Below, piece by piece: positions 9,660 to 18,530 of a stretch of 64,000 nucleotides of DNA. Origin of the DNA: Candidatus Nomurabacteria bacterium (GTDB lineage: Bacteria > Patescibacteriota > Minisyncoccia > Phycocordibacterales > CAIZLB01). A program made the position numbers and the translations under genes. Where the stretch lies: the NCBI GenBank assembly GCA_943356525.1, contig CALRFG010000005.1, positions 2,921 to 66,920 on the forward strand. The letters run 5' to 3'. Position 1 is the first letter of the stretch. Each line of letters opens with the position of its first letter. Under the pieces are notes generated by a model that saw nothing but the letters and a program-made list of their open reading frames with translations, was not told the origin of the DNA and made no database searches.

Positions 9660-10083
9660 GGTTTTGTTGTTTTTGTTGAGACGTCTTACTATAGGACAGT
9701 AAAACTATCTCGTTATTACAACTTCTTACGAAGAGGGGTCAGTGATGTATTTTCATTATTGCACTATAAAAAATCTTAGCAAGTGGTATGTGTTAATAAG
9801 TCTTATATTATAGCACTGCTATAATATCCTTATACAGTAAGGCTTTTATGTGTATCATTTGTAACATTTTTGTCAAAACACCTATGTTTTTCAATGAATT
9901 GTCGTTCAAAAATGATACACATAATTTTTCTATTTTTATACTAAAAAGTATCGGTTTGACACATGTATTTTATTGTTTTATATAAATATATTACTTATCA
10001 ATATCAATATTTTATTGCAAAGATGTAAAATTGTTAAAAATATCTATATTGATTTATAGAATGAAAGTAATAAAATTATATAC

Positions 10084-10752
10084 ATGGCAATATCTAAAAA
10101 GGCTATTGAAAATTACGAAAAAAGTTTAAATAAAAAGAATGGTATGAGTATTTTGTATGAACAATCGTCAGGTGGTATGGATAACCTGGCAAAGGTATTT
10201 GATCTTTTGTTTAAATTCAAAGTAGAAGACGATAAGAGAAAAGAAAAGTTAAAAGATTTTCCAAATGGTTTTGAATTAGAGGGTAGGGGTAGAACCTGCT
10301 ATATATGTAAAGACTCAAATTATGGAGATAAACCAAGCTGGTATGATAAATATGGTGTTAAGTGTTTAGTCTGTCAGTACGCTATTAACCAAAATGAGAT
10401 AGATCCAGAACTTATAAAAAGCGATGAGGATTGGTATTCAAAATATGACCTAGAATCTAAGTTTAATTTAAAAACACCGACCATAAGAGGTTGGGTAAAG
10501 AAAGGTCTCCTTAAGGAGAGGATTTTGAGTTGTTATGGAAAAGGTGCACATGTTAGGTTGTACTTAGTAGAAGATAATAAAGATTTTTTACCACCTAAAT
10601 ACATGGTTAAATCAGATATTGTAAATATTAAAGAGGGTGACAGAACTTATTCAAGTTTAGAGCCTTGGTATAATTTTGTTGATCCATACAAACATTTGAA
10701 AGGATATGGAATTATGGAGTATGTGATGGTTAGTGAAAAAGATGGTGAATAA
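10084..10752 (+). CDS. Zinc-ribbon protein (CxxC...CxxC). Candidate retron accessory/effector protein.
   Basis: GRTCYICKDSNYGDKPSWYDKYGVKCLVCQ. It is co-oriented with, and immediately upstream of, the candidate msr/msd and the RT. No recognisable enzymatic motif. Confidence 0.5.
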   Translation: MAISKKAIENYEKSLNKKNGMSILYEQSSGGMDNLAKVFDLLFKFKVEDDKRKEKLKDFPNGFELEGRGRTCYICKDSNYGDKPSWYDKYGVKCLVCQYAINQNEIDPELIKSDEDWYSKYDLESKFNLKTPTIRGWVKKGLLKERILSCYGKGAHVRLYLVEDNKDFLPPKYMVKSDIVNIKEGDRTYSSLEPWYNFVDPYKHLKGYGIMEYVMVSEKDGE

Positions 10753-10802
10753 CTTATATTAGAATAATAATTTTCATGTTATAATACTTATGCTTGTATT
10801 TT

Positions 10803-11014
10803 AAAAACCACCCATTTTTTATCTTTTTATACAAAAGATTTCAAGTTTAAAATCAAAACATAAGACACTGTATAAACTTTACTATAAGACTTCGTCGAAT
10901 AGAATAGTTTGAACAGTTGAGATGTTAGAATTTGTCCCTTGAGAGATTATCTTTTTGAGAGGTATAGTAGTCACATACTAACAATGATCGCAATACAAGT
11001 TAGTGGGGTGGTTT
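10803..11014 (+). ncRNA. Candidate retron msr/msd non-coding RNA bounded by a1/a2 inverted repeats.
   Basis: a1 is aaaaaccaccc (10803-10813) and a2 is ggggtggttt (11005-11014). Their 10-nt cores (10804-10813 vs 11005-11014) are reverse complements at 9/10 positions and lie ~200 nt apart. An extended -10 TGTTATAAT at 10778-10786 sits just upstream, and the RT ORF follows a2. The internal msd stem and the branching G were not confidently resolved. Confidence 0.35.
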
Positions 11015-11129
11015 GGTCGTTGTCCACTTCAACAAATTAAATATATGGATAATATTATTATCACTTTATTTATAATGTATCTCATAATATGTGAGACACA
11101 TAAAAGATAAGACCTTAGTGGATAATAAA

Positions 11130-12005
11130 ATGATATACTCATCCAAAAAAGAACTATTAGAATTTCTAAATATAAAAGAAAATTTTCTTTATCCTGATTT
11201 TTCAAAAAAATATTATACAAAAGAATTAAAAAAGAAAAGTGGAGGTATTCGCTTAATAAAACCTCCGAGTGTTAACCTAAAAAAAGTTCAAAGATTAATT
11301 CTGGATAAAATACTTTATAAACATAAGAACCTTGAGTGTGTGTATGGTTTATCTAAAGATAAAGGTGTTGTTGCAAATGCAAATTTTCATAAGAAAAATT
11401 TTGATAAACAATTGGTAAATTTAGATATAGAAAACTTTTTTACTAATGTTTTAAAAAAAGAGGTCAACAAGGTATTTAAAAGTTTAGGTTTTAATAAAGA
11501 AAATTCAAATATTCTAACAAAAATATGTACGGTGGAAGGTTCTTTACCTCAGGGTGCGCCAACCAGTCCATATTTAGCTTCTTTATCTTGTATAAAAATG
11601 GATAAAGAGATATATAACTATTGTAGAAAACAAAAGTTTACTTATACTCGTTATTTTGACGATATAAGTATTTCTGGAATGAATATTAATGATAAAAATA
11701 TTGTTGATATTGAAAAGATAGTAAACAAAAATAAATTTAATTTAAATAAAACAAAAACTACATTTTATGAAGCAGATTTAGATAAGATTATAAATGGAGT
11801 TTTTATATCCAAAAATGGTTTATCTGTTACTAATAAATATAAAGATGAGGTAAAGAGTTTGTATATTAATTATTTGAAAGATCCCTGTGTTCATAATAAA
11901 AAAGCCTACAAAGGTAAACTTAGTTTTTATTTACATATAAACAAAAAAGAAGCTGTTGATTTTATTAATAAAATAAGCTATCTAACTGGGATTGGACCAG
12001 TGTAG
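11130..12005 (+). CDS. Retron-type reverse transcriptase.
   Basis: The RT motifs are SGGIRLIKPPS (RT1/2), NANFH (NAxxH) directly before LDIENFF (motif A), LPQGAPTSPYLASL (motif B'), YTRYFDDISISG (Y-x-DD), and INGVFIS in the position of the retron VTG motif. The protein is ~290 aa. The track ORF starts at GTG 11091; the ATG at 11130 is preferred. Confidence 0.8.
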   Translation: MIYSSKKELLEFLNIKENFLYPDFSKKYYTKELKKKSGGIRLIKPPSVNLKKVQRLILDKILYKHKNLECVYGLSKDKGVVANANFHKKNFDKQLVNLDIENFFTNVLKKEVNKVFKSLGFNKENSNILTKICTVEGSLPQGAPTSPYLASLSCIKMDKEIYNYCRKQKFTYTRYFDDISISGMNINDKNIVDIEKIVNKNKFNLNKTKTTFYEADLDKIINGVFISKNGLSVTNKYKDEVKSLYINYLKDPCVHNKKAYKGKLSFYLHINKKEAVDFINKISYLTGIGPV

Positions 12006-12035
12006 ACAGCTTGTGTAAGAATGAATTAACGGAAA

Positions 12036-13058
12036 TTACTTCTTTCTTCTTGTGATAAACACGATTGAGAAAATCAAAAGTATCATTATTTGTGACGGTT
12101 CAGGAATTGTTGTGGGTGTTAGGAGGAAAACATTACCATTACTTCCTATACCTGCAATTTGTCCTTGATCGTTAATCACTCGAGGGTAAAAAACACCTCC
12201 AGTCGGATCTAAATCAGAAACAATTTCAATGTCTTTAAAAGTACCATTATCATAGATACGATTTCCAGCAATAATTTGACCCAAATTGTTAATATCTCTC
12301 ATGTCATAATCGGGAAAGTAAGCAGTAACACCGTCTTTCCAAAGAAAACCACCGTTGCTGGACATTCCGATTATTTGACCGTCGTCGTTTATTGCAAATG
12401 ACTCACTATAACTTCCTGTAAGACCAAGACTTGATATGGTACCGTTTTGCCACATAACTGCACTTATTGTTCCTGATCCGTAAGATTTACCAACTGTTAT
12501 ATTGTTGTTATTAATATCATTTGCCTGCGCTCTGGTGTCATTAGAGAGATGAGGTAGGCTAATCGTGATTCCGTTTTCGAGATAAAAGTTACCTCCAAGA
12601 TTTACAGATCCACCTCCGACTACGACACCGCTGTCGTTTATTGAATATGCAATGCTTCCGTTTGATGGACCTATTCCTGTTGTTAATAAATCGGCACCAA
12701 TGTTGTTTTGTAAAACAAAGCTACGATTTACCCCTGGTAAACTAGGGGAAGTGTATGAACCAACCACTTGTCCAGAGTTGTTTACGGAATATGCTCTTGT
12801 AGATGTGTTTGTAAATATTCCACCGAGGTTGTTAAGAATCGTGACCGATCCATTATTCCAGACAATACCTTTGGTTGATGAGTTTGCGCCGTGTAACGAA
12901 TAACCTGTTACAGTTCCTGAATTGTTGATGTCTGTAAGTGTGATTGTGTCACTGAGGTCTGTGTTCGGATTACCAAGGTTGACCGCTGTGTAGAACAGGC
13001 TAGCTGCCGACAGTATTGGACTGAATGCGAGGACGATGATTGAGATGTAAGTTTTCAT
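12036..13058 (-). CDS. Secreted repeat protein with a PEP-CTERM sorting signal (exosortase substrate-like).
   Basis: N-terminal signal peptide MKTYISIIVLAFSPILSAAS. Repeated NxSGxVVG/NDDGQIIG modules. The C-terminus ...TTIPEPSQIMILLIFSIVFITRRKK has PEP, a TM helix and a basic tail. Confidence 0.65.
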   Translation of the reverse strand: MKTYISIIVLAFSPILSAASLFYTAVNLGNPNTDLSDTITLTDINNSGTVTGYSLHGANSSTKGIVWNNGSVTILNNLGGIFTNTSTRAYSVNNSGQVVGSYTSPSLPGVNRSFVLQNNIGADLLTTGIGPSNGSIAYSINDSGVVVGGGSVNLGGNFYLENGITISLPHLSNDTRAQANDINNNNITVGKSYGSGTISAVMWQNGTISSLGLTGSYSESFAINDDGQIIGMSSNGGFLWKDGVTAYFPDYDMRDINNLGQIIAGNRIYDNGTFKDIEIVSDLDPTGGVFYPRVINDQGQIAGIGSNGNVFLLTPTTIPEPSQIMILLIFSIVFITRRKK

Positions 13059-13695
13059 TTTGTGTTTTCAAGTTGTGCTTTTTGGATATAACTTAATATC
13101 CAAGATGTTTGTATTAGATAGTATATCAATATAAAAGTCAATATGTTGCAATAAAAAAATCCCGACCCACAGTCCTAAAATTCCACTTTAAAAACCACCC
13201 ATAATACCCTTACAACACTTGAAACATTTGGTACTTAACCCGAGTGTCCCGCATGTTTTGAACGTAGAGAAAAACTGCGGGATGAGAAAGCGCATAGTTG
13301 CGCTTTCGTGAGGGATTCGAAAAGCTTTGCTATATTTTTGAGAATTTGAAAAATTCGAGAAAATTGCAAAGGTGTACCGAACATGTAATGTTCGAATCCC
13401 TACAATAAAATAAGGAACGTAGTGACTATATTTTATACTATGTGATATAGGGAGCAGAGCGACCATATATCATCTCCGTCTCCGCCATTACAACTTAGTA
13501 TCGGAGTTGACCTACATGGCTTAATACAATGCTTTAGCTAAACTTGACAGATATGTTATAAATGGTGTATAAAATAAAACTATACCTTAACAAAGTTTAA
13601 AGTCGCCATAGCTAAAAGCTACCTAAATATAGGTATTTCCTAGCTATGGCGAAGTCAAAACGACTAGCCTGGCACAATAACTAAACTACAATACA

Positions 13696-14421
13696 ATGGG
13701 CCCGCCCCTGGTCTCGACGAGTGTCGAAGCTTTAGGTGAGCCGAAACTACAAAAAATTATGAGCCTAAAGCCCGTAACCACCGCACAAGCAGAAGGTCTT
13801 CGTAAGATCGTCAATGAAAAACAAGTCGGACGTGCACTATTCCAACAGGCGCTCGATAACGGATCCTTCGCATACTTCCTTGATTCACTTAAGGTTGGCG
13901 AGGAATCAGAATACGTTCCGCTCAGCGATGCTCGCATCGAGGAGTTGACAGCCCTGGCTACAAAAGCCGGAGCACGCATCTATGTCATTCGTCGTGTCCG
14001 TGTCAAGCAGAATCGCGAGTGGCAGGAAGCTGTCAATCTCGCTGGGCCAAACACACAGAGTCGTAACAATGTCTGCGACACCGGAGTCGGTGTCCGATAT
14101 CAGCCCATATCCACCAAGGATATCATTATGGACATGGTCCTTCTCAACTATCCGAAAGGTGATGGTAACTGGGACAAAGGCATTGCCTGGGGCAAAGAGG
14201 CCAAGCTTAATGCTGCCAACCCTCGCGAAGTTTTCGCGATTGGCGAGCAGAAGCCTGACCTTCATACCAACCTTAAAATAAACCCGATGTATGTAGTAGC
14301 CCCTGATTCATACAACAGTTACGCGTGCTGTGTCTTATGGGATGGTTACGACCGTGGAGCGGGTCTGTTTTGGCTCAGCCACTTCGACGATGCCTACGAT
14401 TGGTTTGCCTTCCGTGAGTAG
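13696..14421 (+). CDS. Hypothetical protein in a GC-elevated (~50%) ORF, likely horizontally acquired.
   Basis: Long ORF with base composition clearly different from its surroundings. The start is uncertain (alternative ATG at 13759). A strong GC-rich terminator follows. No recognisable motif. Confidence 0.5.
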   Translation: MGPPLVSTSVEALGEPKLQKIMSLKPVTTAQAEGLRKIVNEKQVGRALFQQALDNGSFAYFLDSLKVGEESEYVPLSDARIEELTALATKAGARIYVIRRVRVKQNREWQEAVNLAGPNTQSRNNVCDTGVGVRYQPISTKDIIMDMVLLNYPKGDGNWDKGIAWGKEAKLNAANPREVFAIGEQKPDLHTNLKINPMYVVAPDSYNSYACCVLWDGYDRGAGLFWLSHFDDAYDWFAFRE

Positions 14422-14472
14422 ATCCTAGAACTTTTTTCTTGACTCTACTCTGACACTTTGAACTTTGTCTTC

Positions 14473-14512
14473 AGCCCGGTTTTTGCAAAAGCAGAAACCG
14501 GGCTTTTTTTTT
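14473..14512 (+). terminator. Rho-independent terminator.
   Basis: agcccggttt-ttgcaaaagcag-aaaccgggct followed by T9. Confidence 0.7.
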
Positions 14513-14642
14513 CATTAAAAATTATAATACTAAACATTAATATATACATATACTTAGTATAAGTGTCGACCCACAACAATTATCAAAAGCTTAACTGAAA
14601 CAAACTATTATTTTGAGCATCACTATAGTATTATAATTTCAT

Positions 14643-15458
14643 ATGCAAAAGAAAACTATATTTATAACAGGAACATCTTCTGGTATCGGTAGGGCAACTG
14701 TAAAATATTTTTTAGAAAAAGACTGGAATGTCATCGCTACAATGAAGTTTCCTGAAAATGAAATGGAATTTAAAAACTCTGACTCATTACTTTTAGAAAA
14801 AGTAGATGTTACAGATTCTTTAACAATAAAAAAAGCTTTTGATAATGGGGTATTAAAATTTGGAAAAATAGATGCAATAGTAAACAATGCTGGTTATGGA
14901 CTATTAGGTCCTCTTGAAAATACAACTGAAGAACAGGCAAGGGCTCAGTTTGATGTCAATGTGTTGGGGGTTATCAGCACTATTCGTATAGCATTACCAC
15001 ATTTTAGAGAAAATAACTCCGGTAAAATTATAAATATCGGTTCAATGCTTGGAAGAATTACTCTTCCTTTTATGAGTCTATATTCAGCTAGTAAACATGC
15101 AATTGAAGGTTTGTCTGAAGACCTATATTATGAACTTAAGGATTTAAATATTCAGGTCAAAGTCATCGAACCAGGTAATGTACGCACAGATTTTTTTACC
15201 AGTTCACTTGTTAGAGCCGAAAGTGACTCTATAAAAGTATACGATAAATATTGGCATTCCTATATAAAAAATATGATACAAAGAGGAAGTGTAGGTGCTG
15301 ATACAATTCTTGCTGCAAAAGTTATCTATAAAGCAGTCAATAATAATAGTAATAAACTTAGATATACTGTAGACAAAACAGGTAAAAGGCTTATTTTTTT
15401 TAGATCTATATCAACACTTCCACTATTTCAATTTATAATTACAAAATTTGTAAAATAA
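14643..15458 (+). CDS. Short-chain dehydrogenase/reductase (SDR) family oxidoreductase.
   Basis: ITGTSSGIGRAT (TGxxxGxG), NNAG, and YSASK (catalytic YxxxK). Confidence 0.85.
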   Translation: MQKKTIFITGTSSGIGRATVKYFLEKDWNVIATMKFPENEMEFKNSDSLLLEKVDVTDSLTIKKAFDNGVLKFGKIDAIVNNAGYGLLGPLENTTEEQARAQFDVNVLGVISTIRIALPHFRENNSGKIINIGSMLGRITLPFMSLYSASKHAIEGLSEDLYYELKDLNIQVKVIEPGNVRTDFFTSSLVRAESDSIKVYDKYWHSYIKNMIQRGSVGADTILAAKVIYKAVNNNSNKLRYTVDKTGKRLIFFRSISTLPLFQFIITKFVK

Positions 15459-15550
15459 ATTTGTAATAGACTGGTAATTTTTATTTAATAAAAAAAAGTG
15501 ACATTCATCACTTTTTATTATCAATAGTTTTTTTTATATTCAAAATATAA

Positions 15551-15952
15551 CTATTCTGGCATTAAAACCGTATCGATCACATGTATAACTCCATTTGAAC
15601 ATTCTATGTCCACCGCTGTAACTTTTGCATCATTAACCATAACACCATTACTTGCATCGATATTTACCTCTGAACCTTCCACTGTCATTGCTTTAGAGAT
15701 TTTTACAACATCTTCTGACATCACTTTTCCTGCAACAACGTGATATGTAAGAATAGAAGTAAGTTTTGCTTTATCGGCAAGCACTGCGTTTAGTGTTTCC
15801 GCAGGAATTTTTGCAAACGCCTCGTTAGTTGGTGCAAAAACTGTAAATGGTCCAGTTCCTGAAAGTGTTTCTACAAGATCAGCTGCTTTGATAGCAGTAA
15901 CAAGAGTTGAAAAGTCAGGATTTGTAATAGCTGTTTCAATAATATTTTTCAT
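15551..15952 (-). CDS. Fasciclin (FAS1) domain protein.
   Basis: [23 protein letters not shown]...LTYHVVAGK is a typical FAS1 signature. Confidence 0.8.
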   Translation of the reverse strand: MKNIIETAITNPDFSTLVTAIKAADLVETLSGTGPFTVFAPTNEAFAKIPAETLNAVLADKAKLTSILTYHVVAGKVMSEDVVKISKAMTVEGSEVNIDASNGVMVNDAKVTAVDIECSNGVIHVIDTVLMPE

Positions 15953-16177
15953 ATAGTTTTTTATTTTTATTATTTTATAATAGTAGATTATGGTAAAATC
16001 TGTGTTTTCATCTAACTGTGTTCTGTCGTTTTGTTAAAAGGATAGATAACTCTAACCTGTATTAACTATACACTCATTTTAAACCAATGGATAGTTTAAT
16101 AGTATTTAAGCTTATATGAAATACTATAAACAGCTTTACTAGTAATTTAATTGAAATATAAATGCTATAATAATTGT

Positions 16178-16807
16178 ATGAATATCTTTTATGTTTTAAT
16201 TAGTATAGTCATTCTTTGGTCAGCTTGGGGATACTTTTCTTCTAGGGTTGAAAAAACACAGTACACTATTCTAGACTCAAAAAATAATTATGAAATTCGT
16301 TTATACCCTGAGCATATTGTTGCTCAAACTGTAATCAAGGGATCATACACAGAAGCTTTAAATCAGGGTTTTAGAATTATTGCTGGATATATTTTTGGAG
16401 GGAATACTAAAAAAGAAAGTATTGCTATGACTTCACCTGTCGTAGAAAAAAGTTCAAAATCAGAATCTATTGCAATGACATCTCCTGTTACAGCCACAGT
16501 TGAAGGAGAAACTCATACAATTACCTTTGCCATGCCACGATCTTATACACTTGAAACATTACCAACTCCCAATGATGATCGTATTCAAATAGTTACTATT
16601 CCTGAAAAGAAAATGGCAGCTATTCAATTTTCTTGGATACGAACTGACGCTCGTGTGCAAGCAAAAAAGCAAGAACTTATTGATTTATTGAAAAAAGATA
16701 ATATAACGATAATGGGAGAGGTACAATATGCAGGTTATAGCGCACCTTGGACTCCACCATGGATGACTCGCAATGAAGTATTGGTAGATATTATTTACAA
16801 TGACTAA
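16178..16807 (+). CDS. SOUL/HBP heme-binding family protein, membrane-anchored.
   Basis: YEIRLYPEHIVAQT...GFRIIAGYIFGGN...MTSPV (duplicated SIAMTSPV). The ATG at 16178 is preferred over the track's TTG at 16151. Confidence 0.7.
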   Translation: MNIFYVLISIVILWSAWGYFSSRVEKTQYTILDSKNNYEIRLYPEHIVAQTVIKGSYTEALNQGFRIIAGYIFGGNTKKESIAMTSPVVEKSSKSESIAMTSPVTATVEGETHTITFAMPRSYTLETLPTPNDDRIQIVTIPEKKMAAIQFSWIRTDARVQAKKQELIDLLKKDNITIMGEVQYAGYSAPWTPPWMTRNEVLVDIIYND

Positions 16808-16838
16808 CTTTTTTCTACTTAGTATAAAATAAATACTG

Positions 16839-17744
16839 ATGACTAAGATATACCCTCAAGCATATTTCGAAAACATCATAACCCCTATAGACTCAGCTAA
16901 TATAAGTATAGCAAGCTCCGCCGTACTTTACGGTTTAAGTGTGTATACTGTTTTTCCAATAATCTTCAAAAAACAAGGTATATCAGCTTTTCGTCTACAG
17001 GATCATTATATTCGACTTATAAATTCAGCCAAGATTATAGGTATAGACACTTTTGAAAAAGATTGGAATTTTGAAAGATTTACAAAAGCTGTAAAAGAGT
17101 TAATACAAGCAAATACTATTGATCAATTGGTTTTTATCAGAGCAACTATTCATGTGACAGATCTTGTTCCTGGCACTCGTTCACGTGGACTTGCAACAAA
17201 CTTGAGTATGTTTATATATGAAGCAAATCCTATCATACCTCAAAACGGTGCTCGTTTGAAAACAAGTGTATGGAGACGTATCCCTGACTCATCTATACCT
17301 TCTCGTGCAAAAGTCAACGGTGCTTATGTAAACTCAGTACTTGGAAAACAGGACGCTATAGATAGTGGGTATGACGATTGTTTGTTCCTAGATACTCAAG
17401 GTCATGTATGTGAGCTCAGCGCTGCAAACATTTTTATGGTCCGAGATGGGATTTTAATAACACCAAGTCAAAGTAGTGATATCTTAGAAGGCATTAACAG
17501 AAAGACCATAATTGAGATTGCAAAAAGTTTAAATATTCAGGTTATTGAAAGGGAAATAGATTTAACTGAGGTTTATATTGCTGATGAATTATTTGCTTGC
17601 GGGACATCGGCTTTTATTGCATCTATAATAGAAGTCGATAAAAGAAAAATTGGCTACAATGTTTATCCTATAACTCAAAAGATAAAAAAAGCGTATGATG
17701 AGGTTTTTTCTGATGAAGACAATCAATTTTTTAAATTAATATAA
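16839..17744 (+). CDS. Class IV aminotransferase (branched-chain amino acid / D-amino acid aminotransferase family).
   Basis: ~300 aa. Fold IV signatures ...RAKVNGAYVNSVLGKQDA... and ELFACGTSAFIASIIEVD (E-x-F-x-x-GT). Confidence 0.75.
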   Translation: MTKIYPQAYFENIITPIDSANISIASSAVLYGLSVYTVFPIIFKKQGISAFRLQDHYIRLINSAKIIGIDTFEKDWNFERFTKAVKELIQANTIDQLVFIRATIHVTDLVPGTRSRGLATNLSMFIYEANPIIPQNGARLKTSVWRRIPDSSIPSRAKVNGAYVNSVLGKQDAIDSGYDDCLFLDTQGHVCELSAANIFMVRDGILITPSQSSDILEGINRKTIIEIAKSLNIQVIEREIDLTEVYIADELFACGTSAFIASIIEVDKRKIGYNVYPITQKIKKAYDEVFSDEDNQFFKLI

Positions 17745-17765
17745 GAAACCTAAAATCAAAATAAA

Positions 17766-18443
17766 CTAATTAACTTTAACTTTTATATCCAATATTGGCT
17801 TCTCAACACCTAGTTCGTAAAACATTTTTCTATCTTTAACAAATATTTTCTCAGATAAATGGAAAATAGTGTAAGTTATAAAAAAAGCAGAGAATACATC
17901 TATAGAATAATGTATATGAGCCATAAGAACTATAACTGCAAAAGATAATGAGAATAATATAAAAATATAACGAATAATCTTATCCTTCCAAAACACTAAG
18001 GCAAATAAGAATGGCATACCAGTGTGTCCTGAGAAAAATAGATCTGCACCAAAAGATAGATTACTAAAAAAACCTTGATATATGATCTGCTGTTCTGCAA
18101 AAGGTCCTATATGAGTCAATATAATAAACAAAGATCTTATTAAAACGAATAAAGCTGTAGTTTTTACAGTAAAAGGTATACGCTCTGGTTTTTGTAAATA
18201 AACAAAAACAACAAAAATAGTAAATAGGATTGATCCATTGATAAATAGATAATGAACATTATAATAATCTATGTTTGAGAGAATAATATCTGTTACAGGG
18301 TTACTGGCAACACCAGCCGCATAGGTTCCAGCATAGAAATTAATAATAATCGCAACCATTAGGAAAATGATAGATGAAAATAATGAGATAATAAAATTTT
18401 TATTTGTAAAAACTTCTTTATATTCGATTAGTTTAGATTTCAT
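17766..18443 (-). CDS. PAP2-superfamily integral membrane protein (phosphatase/lipid-transferase like).
   Basis: Multi-TM protein with SGHTG and HIHYSIDV (SGH and SxH...D PAP2 motifs). Confidence 0.5.
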   Translation of the reverse strand: MKSKLIEYKEVFTNKNFIISLFSSIIFLMVAIIINFYAGTYAAGVASNPVTDIILSNIDYYNVHYLFINGSILFTIFVVFVYLQKPERIPFTVKTTALFVLIRSLFIILTHIGPFAEQQIIYQGFFSNLSFGADLFFSGHTGMPFLFALVFWKDKIIRYIFILFSLSFAVIVLMAHIHYSIDVFSAFFITYTIFHLSEKIFVKDRKMFYELGVEKPILDIKVKVN

Positions 18444-18530
18444 TTTATAAGTATAACAAACTTTTTACTTATCAACATTGATGTATGTTAAATTTTATTT
18501 CTTTATTATGATATAATTTTAATTAAAGAA

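Noticed and set aside
521-12005. Whether the helicase/MTase pair plus neighbours form a complete BREX or DISARM system.
   Set aside because: No PglZ (alkaline-phosphatase-like), BrxC/PglY ATPase, DrmA or DrmB (DUF1998) candidates are present in the window, so only the reduced two-gene module is reported.
13188-13466. 92-aa minus-strand ORF, plus a tRNA-like GTTCGAATCCC motif at ~13385.
   Set aside because: The ORF lies inside the inverted-repeat-rich non-coding region and has no start context. The TTCGAATCC motif is one arm of a 10-bp inverted repeat (GGGATTCGAA/TTCGAATCCC), and no acceptor or T-stem pairing can be drawn, so it is not a tRNA.
13686-14281. Minus- and plus-strand overlapping ORFs (13686..13979 -, 13906..14265 -, 13982..14281 +).
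   Set aside because: These are alternative-frame ORFs created by the high GC content of the real 13696..14421 gene.
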